Assembly (NCBI GenBank): GCA_964619035.1
Contig: CAZUBX010000001.1
Coordinates: 13,089 to 77,088 of the forward strand
Reading direction: 5' to 3'
Length of the DNA: 64,000 nucleotides
From: an uncultured Syntrophaceae bacterium
Lineage (GTDB): Bacteria > Desulfobacterota > Syntrophia > Syntrophales > UBA2192
Both the position numbers and the translations under genes were made by a program. Shown one piece after another: positions 1-8,307 of the stretch (its first letter is position 1; each line of letters starts with the position of its first letter). The notes beneath the pieces are model-generated. The model worked only from the letters and a program-made list of their open reading frames with translations. It was not told where the DNA came from and ran no database searches.

Positions 1-401
1 TCAGCACGGCCAAGAACGCCAACTCCCCGGCCATCTTCAACGAGAACATCAACAACGCGATCAATGAGTTCTCGAACGCCATCAAGAAAGACCCGGGTTA
101 CGCCACGGCCTATTCGAACCGCTCCGTCGCCTATATGATGCAGAAGAAGTACAACCTCGCTCTCGACGACCTCAAGAAGGCAAAAGAACTGAAGCCGAAC
201 GACCCGGCCATCCGGTACAACCTGGCCTCGTGCCACTCCCTCATGGGCAACGTTGATCTGGGCTTTGTCGAGCTCGATGCCGCCCTGGCCAACGGGTTCA
301 ACGACTACGACTCGCTCCGGAAGGACCCCGATATCGCGAATCTGCGCAAGAACCCGGATTGGAGAAAGACCCTGGAGAAGTACAAGGTTTTCCTCAACTA
401 G
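1..401 (+). CDS. TPR-repeat protein, C-terminal part (5' end outside window)
   Basis: Frame 3 is open from the window edge to TAG 399-401. The translation (...AIKKDPGYATAYSNRSVAYMMQKKYNLALDDLKKAKELKPNDPAIRYNLASCH...) shows 34-aa TPR-like units. A hairpin terminator follows. Confidence 0.7.
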   Translation, partial: STAKNANSPAIFNENINNAINEFSNAIKKDPGYATAYSNRSVAYMMQKKYNLALDDLKKAKELKPNDPAIRYNLASCHSLMGNVDLGFVELDAALANGFNDYDSLRKDPDIANLRKNPDWRKTLEKYKVFLN

Positions 402-481
402 GAAGAGGGTTGATTGCATCCGAGGATCGGTTCAAACGGTGAATCGGGAAATGTTTCTGCCTGCACATCTTGACTGACGGA

Positions 482-522
482 AATGCCTTGCCCGACGAAA
501 CTCTCGGGCAGGGCATTTTTTT
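482..522 (+). terminator. Rho-independent terminator after TPR gene
   Basis: AATGCCTTGCCCGA (482-495) pairs with TCGGGCAGGGCATT (504-517) with one wobble, followed by a T7 run. Confidence 0.7.
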
Positions 523-547
523 ACCTCACCCCAAGGGAGTGGCCGCC

Positions 548-1678
548 ATGTTCCGACGGATTGCCCTTATATCTTTAATCCTGCTGAGCCTCTCCGTTCC
601 CTGCGGCGCTTACGATGCCCAATCGGTCGTCATTCGCCTCGAGAGGGGCCCCTGCTACGGGAGTTGTCCCGTCTACGGGGTGACACTCTACGGTGACGGG
701 ACAGTTCGCTACGACGGAAAGGATCACGTGCGCATCAGGGGGAGCCAGACGGCCGTCATTGCACCTGATGCGGTGAAATCGCTCGTCGAGGAGATCGAAC
801 GCAGCGGTTTCTACTCCCTGAACGACGCCAATACCCAGGTCAGCATTACCGATGCCCCCTCGGCGCTCCTCTACGTCGCAACAGACGGGAAAAAGAAGCA
901 GGTGAGGCATTACCTGGGTGATTTCAAGGCACCGAAGATACTCCAGGTCCTGGAAAATCGGGTTGACGAGCTGGCGGGAACGAGTCGTTGGACGGCAGCA
1001 GCCGCCCCTTCAACCGGCCATACGGCCGCACCGAAACAGCTCGTTGCAGCCACCGCGGCCGGCCTTTCGGCCGCCGAGGGAAAAGCCGCGGCGGACGCAG
1101 CGGTCGTTTCGGATTCCACCATCGGCCTGGAGACGGAGCGCAGAAAGATCGTCATTCGCCGCACCGTTGCCACCAGCCTCAGGGATGAGGGGTATGCCCT
1201 CCAGCAAAAAGGCCAGCTTCGCGACGCCGTCATCCGCTATCGCCAGAGCCTGGTCTGGTGGCCCGATGTGGGCCTTGAATCCTACGTTGTGCCGCTGGAG
1301 AGCAAGGCGGGATTCACCGCGAGCCAGTACCGTCCGGAAACGGAACAGGGCGCAACCGTGCAGGCGGGTTCGGCAAATGCGGTGAAAAAGGCGGGAATGG
1401 TCATGGCCACGATCCGCAACCGTTCGACGCTCGATGTGACCATTCTGACACGCGGCGAATCAGCCGATGCGGGTACCCTGGTGAGGGCCGGGGAGATTCT
1501 CCTGAGGCCCGTTCAACTCGGGCCGAACGGGGAAGTGACGTTCCTGGCCGTACGGAACAGCCAAACCCTTGTGTCCAAGACCTGGCACGGCAACGCGGCC
1601 TCAGAGATCGTCGTGCCGACTCTTCTTTATGACGACAATCTTCAGGGCAGGCTGTTCGTGATGACGGGCCTGAAATAA
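548..1678 (+). CDS. Secreted protein with DUF6438-like Cys-motif N-domain
   Basis: ATG at 548 lies after the terminator, so the TTG at 470 is unlikely to be the start. Signal peptide MFRRIALISLILLSLSVPCGA. The motif RGPCYGSCPVYGVTLYGDGTVRYDG resembles DUF6438. Ala-rich linker. Confidence 0.6.
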   Translation: MFRRIALISLILLSLSVPCGAYDAQSVVIRLERGPCYGSCPVYGVTLYGDGTVRYDGKDHVRIRGSQTAVIAPDAVKSLVEEIERSGFYSLNDANTQVSITDAPSALLYVATDGKKKQVRHYLGDFKAPKILQVLENRVDELAGTSRWTAAAAPSTGHTAAPKQLVAATAAGLSAAEGKAAADAAVVSDSTIGLETERRKIVIRRTVATSLRDEGYALQQKGQLRDAVIRYRQSLVWWPDVGLESYVVPLESKAGFTASQYRPETEQGATVQAGSANAVKKAGMVMATIRNRSTLDVTILTRGESADAGTLVRAGEILLRPVQLGPNGEVTFLAVRNSQTLVSKTWHGNAASEIVVPTLLYDDNLQGRLFVMTGLK

Positions 1679-1685
1679 GGAAGAA

Positions 1686-1709
1686 GTTGATGAGTTGAGA
1701 AGTTGATGA
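1686..1709 (+). repeat. Tandem octamers GTTGATGA-GTTGAGAA-GTTGATGA
   Basis: Three contiguous 8-mers read directly. They lie between the stop codon at 1676-1678 and the start codons of the M48 gene. Confidence 0.8.
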
Positions 1710-3223
1710 GGGAAATGACAATGATTGAATCCCGATGGAAATCGCGTGCAGGGGAAATTGGAAGCTTCCGGGTGGCGTTGCATTTATTGTTGCTGACCCT
1801 GCTGTGCGCGTTTCTCGCCTCCTGTGCCGCGAACCCCGTAACCGGCAAGGACGAATTGATGCTGGTCTCCGAGGAGGAGGAGATCAAGATCGGCAACTCG
1901 GTCTACCGCGATGCCCTCTGGAGCGCCGAGGGGGGCGGCGGGGAATACCAGGATGCCCAGCTCAAGCGTTATCTCGAGGGCGTCGTCATGAGGCTGCACA
2001 AGACATCCCACAGGCCGAACCTGCCGCTGACCTTCAGTGTCCAGAACAGCTCCGTCCCCAATGCCTGGGCCATTCCGGGTCATGTGGTCATGACGCGGGG
2101 GCTGATCGCCGGGCTGGAAAACGAGGGGGAATTTGCCTACGTCATGGGGCACGAAATCGGCCACGTCTCGGCGAAACACTCTGCGAAGCAGATGTCGCAG
2201 AAAATGATGCTGGGCCTGGCCCTGGGCATCGCGGCCGCTGCCGTCGGCGGGGATGACTACGGTGAGGCCGTGGTGGGGCTTGGCGCCCTGGGTGGACAGC
2301 TCCTGCTGCTCAAATACAGCCGCGATGACGAACTCGAGGCGGACCGGCTCGGTGTTGCCTACATGAGCCGCCAGGGCTACGACCCGAACAACGCCCTGAG
2401 CGCTCACCGGAACCTGGACAAGGTCTTCAAGGAGTATGCCCGGTCCGTGGGACAGGAGCCCGGCGAACGGAACTTCTTCGAAGAGCTTCTGTCGACACAC
2501 CCCCGCACCTCCGTGCGGATCGACGAGATGCAGCAGATGATCAGCTCGACACCGCGATCCGCCCTGTCCGGAGACGGATCGAGCCGGGCGACGTACCAGT
2601 CCATGACGGCAAACATGCGCAGGACGCACCGGGTGTACACGGAATACTACGACAAGGCTGCGAGGGCCTTCGAGAAAAACCGTCTCGTGGAAGCGAACAA
2701 TTACCTGAGCAGGGCCATCACCGAGGACCGCTACCAGCCGCCTTTTTACGCCTTGGCGGGATTCATCTACCTCAAACAGAACAATCAGGCCGACGCGGAG
2801 CGATACTTCCGGGCAGCCCTTTCCCTGCAGGGAAACTACCAGCCCGCCGTTCGCGGCCTCGGGATGATGAACTACCGCAAGCAGAACTACGCCGGGAGCA
2901 TAGATTATATGAGACAGGCGGTTCAGATCTTCCCGGGGGATGTGACGGCTCAGCGGCTTTTGGGCTTGAGCTACTACAGGACAGGAAATTACCGGGCTGC
3001 CATCATGCCGCTGGAAACCGTTGCACAGGCCAGTCCGAAAAACAAGACGATCCACGGCATCCTCGGCCAGTGCTACGAGGGCATCAACGATCAAAAATCC
3101 GCCTACGGGCATTATAAACTGCAGCTACAGGCGGCCTCCGACAACGATGTCGGGCGCCTCGCGTCGGCGCGTGTCAAGGAGTGGAAACCCCGGTTCGAGC
3201 CGGAGCAACCGAAGAAGAAGTAA
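1703..3223 (+). CDS. M48-family Zn metalloprotease with C-terminal TPR domain (BepA-like), lipoprotein
   Basis: HEIGH zinc motif (YVMGHEIGHVSAKH). Lipobox LASC. C-terminal TPR-like repeats (YALAGFIYLKQNNQADAERYFRAALSL...). Alternative ATG starts at 1706, 1715 and 1721. Confidence 0.85.
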   Translation: MMREMTMIESRWKSRAGEIGSFRVALHLLLLTLLCAFLASCAANPVTGKDELMLVSEEEEIKIGNSVYRDALWSAEGGGGEYQDAQLKRYLEGVVMRLHKTSHRPNLPLTFSVQNSSVPNAWAIPGHVVMTRGLIAGLENEGEFAYVMGHEIGHVSAKHSAKQMSQKMMLGLALGIAAAAVGGDDYGEAVVGLGALGGQLLLLKYSRDDELEADRLGVAYMSRQGYDPNNALSAHRNLDKVFKEYARSVGQEPGERNFFEELLSTHPRTSVRIDEMQQMISSTPRSALSGDGSSRATYQSMTANMRRTHRVYTEYYDKAARAFEKNRLVEANNYLSRAITEDRYQPPFYALAGFIYLKQNNQADAERYFRAALSLQGNYQPAVRGLGMMNYRKQNYAGSIDYMRQAVQIFPGDVTAQRLLGLSYYRTGNYRAAIMPLETVAQASPKNKTIHGILGQCYEGINDQKSAYGHYKLQLQAASDNDVGRLASARVKEWKPRFEPEQPKKK

Positions 3224-3241
3224 AGGGCGGGGATGCTTTGT

Positions 3242-3958
3242 ATGAAGAATCTCAATCGATGGATCGTCGTCTGGCTTGCTGCGGTCGTTTTCGGGGCGGG
3301 GCTGTTTGTGCCGCAGGGCCGTGCGGCCGAGGTCCAGGGACAGCGCCCCATGATGATTGTGGGAGATGCTTTTCAGTTTACTCCCGGGGCCTGGTCGAGC
3401 TATTACGTCCATGACCGCGCGAAGAAGGAATACTATAGAATGTACATTGCCACACTGGAGAGGCTGACCCGGGACGGAAAGCCCTGTTCCTGGATGGAGG
3501 TCGGAATGACCCCGGAGAAGGACCCCTCCGTTGTGACCCGGTTCCTCGTCGAGGAGACCCCAAAAGGCCCCGGCGAAATGCTGGACGTAATCGTCCAGGT
3601 GCAGGGATATGCGCCGTTCACGGTCCCTGAGAGTTTTTACAAAGGCGAGGGGGAGGACAGGGAGGTAGGCAATTTCCAGGGCGCAGCGATCGCAAAACGG
3701 ATCGCCAGGCGGGTGATCCCGCTAGGTGGCCGGACCGTCAATGCCTGGGACGTGGAGGCCGTCGACGCCAAGGGCAGCACCCTGGGGGCCCTGGTCAGCG
3801 AGGAAGTGGCCCCGATCGGTGTCATCATGGCCGAGAGCCCGCTTATGGGCATGTATCTCTCAGACTGGGGAGGCGGGGCAAAGTCCAGGATTGAGGGGAC
3901 ACCGGTGAATTTCTATGTGTGGCTCATGATGCAGATGGGCGGAGCGTTAACAAAGTAG
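3242..3958 (+). CDS. Hypothetical secreted protein
   Basis: ORF with signal peptide MKNLNRWIVVWLAAVVFGAGLFVPQGRAAE. I recognise no family motif. Confidence 0.55.
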   Translation: MKNLNRWIVVWLAAVVFGAGLFVPQGRAAEVQGQRPMMIVGDAFQFTPGAWSSYYVHDRAKKEYYRMYIATLERLTRDGKPCSWMEVGMTPEKDPSVVTRFLVEETPKGPGEMLDVIVQVQGYAPFTVPESFYKGEGEDREVGNFQGAAIAKRIARRVIPLGGRTVNAWDVEAVDAKGSTLGALVSEEVAPIGVIMAESPLMGMYLSDWGGGAKSRIEGTPVNFYVWLMMQMGGALTK

Positions 3959-4028
3959 TGACTTGTGATCAGTGACTAGTGAAAAGAAACTTCCATAAAA
4001 CACTAGCCACAAGCCACTAACCACAAAT
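3957..4028. repeat. Two inverted arrays of four tandem heptamers flanking a 16-nt spacer
   Basis: Left array AGTGACT TGTGATC AGTGACT AGTGAAA (3957-3984). Right array CACTAGC CACAAGC CACTAAC CACAAAT (4001-4028). The arms are imperfectly complementary (about 17 of 26 positions, more with G-U on the minus strand). Confidence 0.8.
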
Positions 4029-4032
4029 TACT

Positions 4033-4308
4033 TTACAGGGGTCTTCGGTCGCGGCGGCGGTCGAGTACTTCGGCCATCACCGGCAGGAGCAAAGAGCCGA
4101 AGGGCAGCAGGAAGATAACCAGAAACGGCACGTAGTGGGCAAGGTGCCGAATGCAGGCCTTGATGGCCCTGATTTCCTTTTGGGTCCATGGCAGGCCCGT
4201 GTTCCTCGGCTTCATGATCAGGACCATGAAGCCCTTCATCGTTTCGGCTTCGGAATAGATCAGGTCTTTGTATTTTTCCATTTGCTTATTCAAAATCCTG
4301 CGAACCAT
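4033..4308 (-). CDS. Small membrane protein with LETM1-like segment
   Basis: ATG at 4308 is preceded by GGAAGGAAGGGAA as an SD. The sequence WTQKEIRAIKACIRHLAHYVPFLVIFLLPFGSLLLPVMAEVL resembles the LETM1 signature helix/TM. The longer 4440 start lacks an SD. Confidence 0.5.
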   Translation of the reverse strand: MVRRILNKQMEKYKDLIYSEAETMKGFMVLIMKPRNTGLPWTQKEIRAIKACIRHLAHYVPFLVIFLLPFGSLLLPVMAEVLDRRRDRRPL

Positions 4309-4473
4309 TTCCCTTCCTTCCGCAATGTGGGACACCAATCTATTCAATCGGACAGTTCGACCTTTTTCTGAAACGAAATCAACCGGAAACGCGGCGAGCG
4401 CAAAATGCGTCGATCTTGCTGGCCCCAAGCCAGCTGGCATGAAAATTGATCTATTCCGGGACAGGAGCGGTTT

Positions 4474-5289
4474 ATGAAAATACCAGCTGTCTTGGATGAA
4501 GTCGTACGTCGGGCCGGAAAGAGGGAGCCTCTTGAAACAGGCCGTGCCGCTTTGAATGGGACCGACGGGGTGGGGAACTTCAAAAAGATCTTGGAAACGC
4601 AGATGGCCGCCTCAGGCGAAAATGTGCCCCGGGGGGCGGCCTTCGGAATCGGCGATGAAAAGAAAATCACCCAACTCATAGAAATCGTACGGCTCCGAAT
4701 GATGCTGGACGAGCATCTGCTGGAATCCATGCGGGATAAAGGGGACGATCAGTCCCTCTATCAGCGTTTTTCCCGCTGGCAGCTGGGCGGGCTCAACGCC
4801 GTTTCCCCTCCTGCCGGGCAGGCAAAGCCCGGAGCTGAAAATCCAGCCCCGCTGGCCGTCGAAGAGGTGCCTTCCGTTGTAAGGGTCCGCAAGTCATCGG
4901 ACAGGGAACGGCAGTACGAGCCCATCATCCGTCAGGCATCGGAGACATACGGCGTCGATGCGGGACTCATCCGTGCTGTCATCCGCGCCGAAAGCAATTT
5001 CCGCAACGAGAGCACCTCACCGAAGGGGGCCATGGGCCTGATGCAGATCATGCCCGAAACGGCAAAGGACCTGGGGATCCGGGATGCCTATGACGCGCAA
5101 GAGAACATCATGGGCGGGACACGCTACCTGAAAGGCCTGTTGGACCGGTATCGGGGCGATGTGCCGACGGCACTTGCAGCCTACAACTGGGGGATGGGGA
5201 ATGTGGAGCGGCGTCCCGAAAAGCTGCCCCGGGAAACGCGGGTCTACATCAACCGGATCCAGCAGTTCATGGATCAAAGAAAAACTTGA
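4474..5289 (+). CDS. Lytic transglycosylase (SLT domain) protein
   Basis: SLT catalytic region AESNFRNESTSPKGAMGLMQIMPETAKDLG...AYNWGMGNV. No obvious signal peptide in the 130-aa N-terminal part. Confidence 0.85.
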   Translation: MKIPAVLDEVVRRAGKREPLETGRAALNGTDGVGNFKKILETQMAASGENVPRGAAFGIGDEKKITQLIEIVRLRMMLDEHLLESMRDKGDDQSLYQRFSRWQLGGLNAVSPPAGQAKPGAENPAPLAVEEVPSVVRVRKSSDRERQYEPIIRQASETYGVDAGLIRAVIRAESNFRNESTSPKGAMGLMQIMPETAKDLGIRDAYDAQENIMGGTRYLKGLLDRYRGDVPTALAAYNWGMGNVERRPEKLPRETRVYINRIQQFMDQRKT

Positions 5290-5296
5290 GGGAAAA

Positions 5297-5326
5297 CAAA
5301 AAACCCCGCCTCAAAGCGGGGTTTTC
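5297..5326. terminator. Bidirectional hairpin terminator
   Basis: AAAAAA-CCCCGC-ctcaaa-GCGGGG-TTTT lies between convergent genes. Confidence 0.75.
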
Positions 5327-5345
5327 TAATTGTCCTGGATCAGAC

Positions 5346-6005
5346 TCAGTTGATCCCCAGATACTCCCTGACGGTTTCCAGCAGGTAGCTCACCTTGAAG
5401 GGCTTTGACAGGGTGGGGTATTGGTAATGGGCCACCTCGTCGTCGAGCTCCTTCTTGAGTCGCTTAACGCCGAAAAAGCCGCTCATGTAAATGATCTTGA
5501 CGGCGGATTCGTCATTGCGGATCCGTCGAACGAGTTCGATGCCGTTCACGTTGGGCATGAGGACGTCGGTGAGGACCAAATCCGGCTTGAAGTCCTTGTA
5601 GACCTCGTACCCCGTGTCCCCATCGATGGCCACCCGGACTTCGAACCCCTCCATGGTGAAGATGTTGCGAAGGGTGTCCTGATAGCCAAATTCGTCTTCG
5701 ACGACGAGGACTTTCCACTTTTCTCTCGGTTTTTTGAGGGCACCGTTTTTGATGACTTCGATGAGCTCCTTGTCAGGCAGCGCATTGATGATATGCGCCA
5801 CTTCATTGATCTTCTGCTGCATCTTCTCGGCTTTTTCCCTGTTGTTCGGGTTCAGGTCCGGATGATAGATTTTTGACAAAAGCCTGTAATTGGACCTGAC
5901 ATAGGAAATGGCCGGTGCATCGCCGAGTTCGGAATAAATCTCGCGCGCCTTGTCCAGCATGCCGAGAACATTCAATTCGTTCGAGAGATCAATAGATTTT
6001 TTCAT
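5346..6005 (-). CDS. J-domain / response-regulator receiver fusion protein
   Basis: N-terminal J domain with the HPD tripeptide (LLSKIYHPDLNPNNREKAEKMQQKINEV). C-terminal REC domain with acidic pocket VVEDE, phospho-acceptor DLVLTD and conserved LSKPF. No output DNA-binding domain. Confidence 0.8.
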   Translation of the reverse strand: MKKSIDLSNELNVLGMLDKAREIYSELGDAPAISYVRSNYRLLSKIYHPDLNPNNREKAEKMQQKINEVAHIINALPDKELIEVIKNGALKKPREKWKVLVVEDEFGYQDTLRNIFTMEGFEVRVAIDGDTGYEVYKDFKPDLVLTDVLMPNVNGIELVRRIRNDESAVKIIYMSGFFGVKRLKKELDDEVAHYQYPTLSKPFKVSYLLETVREYLGIN

Positions 6006-6194
6006 CACCCTGTCCCTGGTTGAGGTCTTAATCCCGCCCCGCACGGCCTTTTTTCACCGCTCAGGGCTGTTGCCTGAGACGTCAATGCAAATCTCATGCA
6101 AAAACGCGGAAGAAGTCCAGATTTCGAGGCATGAAGTCGCAGGTGACATGAATCGTAAGGCGACCCGGACAGGCGGACGGACGGATTTTGAAAA

Positions 6195-7010
6195 TCAGCG
6201 AAGCCCCTCGACGAAGCCTGCGATGGCCTTCATGTAGTCGGAGAATCCGACCATGAAGATGTTGTTGTGATCCGCGCCGGGGATCTTGAGGAGTCTCTTC
6301 CGGACGGCACCCGACGCCTCGTAAAGGTCTTCGCCGTCTTTGAAGGGGAGGATTTGATCGAGCTCCGCGTGGATGATCAGCGTTGGCTTTCGGAAGTTCC
6401 CGATTTTCTCGATGTGCCGGAAGGCCTCACTTTCCAGGATGCCCGCCCGTTGCATGTCAACGCCGACGAGATTCAGGATCGTCTGGGAGTGTGCAAACCC
6501 GCTCTCGATGATGAGGCCCGCGACGTGGTCCGGGTAATTTTCGGCAAGTTCGAGGGCCGAGGCGCTGCCCAGGGAGCGCCCCATGACGATCAAGGGTCCC
6601 GAGCAGCCGTTGAGATTCAGCCATTTCCTCGTGTAATCGAAAACGACGTGGGCATCCCGCAGCATGGCGCTCACGGTCGGCTGACCCGTCGAGTGGCCGT
6701 ATCCCCTGTAATCGACTGGCAGAAAATTGAGACCGAGGCGGAAATAGAGAACGGCGATGTCCTCGTAGTCTTCGACGATCTCCCCGTTTCCGTGGAAAAA
6801 GAGGATGGAGGGGCCTTCCTTGTTTACGATGTGGTATCTCGCCCCGATGGATACGCCGGGCTCTGCAGGGATCAGGACGTCGCGCACTCCTTCCTGGGAC
6901 ACCGGGTTGCTCCAGGAGGCCCGGGGGTAGAAGAGGTACTGACTGATTTCGGGTCCGTCGAGCTTGGGACAACCGACACGACTGATATCCTTCATGGCAG
7001 GATCTCCCAT
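6195..7010 (-). CDS. Alpha/beta-fold hydrolase
   Basis: ILFFHGNGEIVEDY, VDYRGYGHSTG and nucleophile elbow GRSLGS. C-terminal D/H region (HAELDQILP...GADHNNI). Confidence 0.8.
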   Translation of the reverse strand: MGDPAMKDISRVGCPKLDGPEISQYLFYPRASWSNPVSQEGVRDVLIPAEPGVSIGARYHIVNKEGPSILFFHGNGEIVEDYEDIAVLYFRLGLNFLPVDYRGYGHSTGQPTVSAMLRDAHVVFDYTRKWLNLNGCSGPLIVMGRSLGSASALELAENYPDHVAGLIIESGFAHSQTILNLVGVDMQRAGILESEAFRHIEKIGNFRKPTLIIHAELDQILPFKDGEDLYEASGAVRKRLLKIPGADHNNIFMVGFSDYMKAIAGFVEGLR

Positions 7011-7041
7011 CGGGGGACATTAAGGGTTCTATCGAATTATT

Positions 7042-7081
7042 TTCTTACCGTCTTACCTTCCCAACTTCTTACCTTCTGTCG
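7042..7081 (-). repeat. Tandem octamer array (minus-strand GGTAAGAA GTTGGGAA GGTAAGAC GGTAAGAA)
   Basis: The plus strand reads TTCTTACC GTCTTACC TTCCCAAC TTCTTACC TTCTGTCG. Same unit family as 29328-29367. Confidence 0.8.
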
Positions 7082-7083
7082 CT

Positions 7084-8058
7084 TCAGGGTGCCCACAGGT
7101 ACATGAACTGCATACCCCTCGGCATCAAACTCTCCAAATCCTGTGGCAGGATGTTTACGATCGTGGTGTTTCCGCCCGCCTCCGAGTAGATGGTCCCCTT
7201 GAAGGACCCGGCGCGATGGTAAACTACGACGGAAGCCTTTTGGAGATTGAGCGAAGTCTTGACCCCTTCGATGGCGTTGTCCAGGTATCCCACGCGGTCG
7301 ATGAGCTTAAGCCCGAGCGCCTGGCCGGCCGTGTAGATGCGGCCGTCGGCCAGCTTCACAACGGCTTCCCGGGAAAGGGGCTTTCGCCCTTCGACGATGA
7401 CGTCGATGAAACGGCCGTTCATCTGATCGATGATCGTCTGTACGATCTTGATCTCTTCCGGCGTGGCGGGCCGGAACGGGGACATGATGTCCTTCATATC
7501 TCCGGATTTGATGGCTCGGGACTCCACGCCGATCTTATCGAAGAGCCCCTGGACGTTGAATCGCATGGCAATGACGCCGATGCTCCCCGTGATCGTGGTG
7601 GGGTGGGCCACGATCTCGTCGGCCGCCGTTGCCACGTAGTAACCACCGGAAGCCGCCACATCCATCATGCACGCGACCACCCTGACGCCGGTTTTCTTCT
7701 TATACTCGAGGATTTCGTGATGAAGGATATCGCTCGCCGTCACAGTGCCGCCGGGCGAATTGATCCGGATGACGAGAGCCGCAATCTTCTTGTCTCCGCT
7801 GGCCTTCTTCAGGGACTCCCTGAACTCATCGATCATGGAGATCTCTTCGCGAAGCCCCAGCTTGCGCCGCTTTTCCTCGGAGATGACTCCCGTGACGTCC
7901 ACGAGCAGGATTTTCCGGTCGCCTTCGCCATCGACCACCCTTTCCTGAAGGGGACCGGGCTCGGGCAGGAGTGCAAGGTTGACGTAGGCACAGCCGCTAT
8001 ACAGCAGGGACATCGCCGCAAGGAGGACCAGCAGGCTCAATCGCTTCATCGTGAACAT
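7084..8058 (-). CDS. sppA: Signal peptide peptidase SppA (36K type)
   Basis: INSPGGTVTASD and SGGYYVA motifs. ATG at 8058 follows AGGAAAGGAAG as an SD. N-terminal lipoprotein-like signal MFTMKRLSLLVLLAAMSLLYSGC. The 8286 start is an unlikely basic extension. Confidence 0.85.
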   Translation of the reverse strand: MFTMKRLSLLVLLAAMSLLYSGCAYVNLALLPEPGPLQERVVDGEGDRKILLVDVTGVISEEKRRKLGLREEISMIDEFRESLKKASGDKKIAALVIRINSPGGTVTASDILHHEILEYKKKTGVRVVACMMDVAASGGYYVATAADEIVAHPTTITGSIGVIAMRFNVQGLFDKIGVESRAIKSGDMKDIMSPFRPATPEEIKIVQTIIDQMNGRFIDVIVEGRKPLSREAVVKLADGRIYTAGQALGLKLIDRVGYLDNAIEGVKTSLNLQKASVVVYHRAGSFKGTIYSEAGGNTTIVNILPQDLESLMPRGMQFMYLWAP

Positions 8059-8068
8059 CTTCCTTTCC

Positions 8069-8176
8069 TCATTTCTTCTTTTCGGGGCGCCGAGGCTTCG
8101 GCTTTCCCGTTTTCTTCTGTTCCCGCAGCAGGCGCGAGATGTCTTTCTGGCGTCTCGTGACCCGTTCTTTTGCCAT
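8069..8176 (-). CDS. Candidate 35-aa basic mini-ORF upstream of sppA
   Basis: ATG at 8176 follows AAGAGGA plus a 5-nt spacer. It encodes MAKERVTRRQKDISRLLREQKKTGKPKPRRPEKKK. Its TGA overlaps the sppA SD. It is below the ORF-track size cutoff. Confidence 0.3.
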   Translation of the reverse strand: MAKERVTRRQKDISRLLREQKKTGKPKPRRPEKKK

Positions 8177-8226
8177 GGGCATCCTCTTTGGCAGGCGTGA
8201 AGCATCGGCCAACCCCGTTTTCGACG

Positions 8227-8255
8227 TTGACTCCGCAGGTCGATGCTCATATAAT
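8227..8255 (+). promoter_or_regulatory. Sigma70-type promoter for ytxH/DUF948 cluster
   Basis: TTGACT (8227-8232), 17-nt spacer, TATAAT (8250-8255). It lies 53 nt upstream of the ATG at 8308. Confidence 0.6.
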
Positions 8256-8307
8256 TCTGATTGCGTATCTTGCCAGTAAAAACCATTTCTGTAAAGGAGG
8301 TGTCATC

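Noticed and set aside
1784-3112. 442-aa ORF antisense to the M48-TPR protease gene. Similar cases are 35451-36914 versus metK, 46740-48089 versus the sigma54 regulator, 31147-32100 versus tsaD, 55975-57012 versus ftsH, and 41183-42157 versus lpxH.
   Set aside because: Each overlaps a gene with clear family motifs on the other strand. The translations are low-complexity Arg/Gly/Pro/Asp-rich with no recognisable domains.
8230-8290. Sigma54-like string GATTGCGTATCTTGCC upstream of ytxH.
   Set aside because: The -24 GG element is missing. A perfect sigma70 TTGACT-17-TATAAT promoter at 8227-8255 explains the region.
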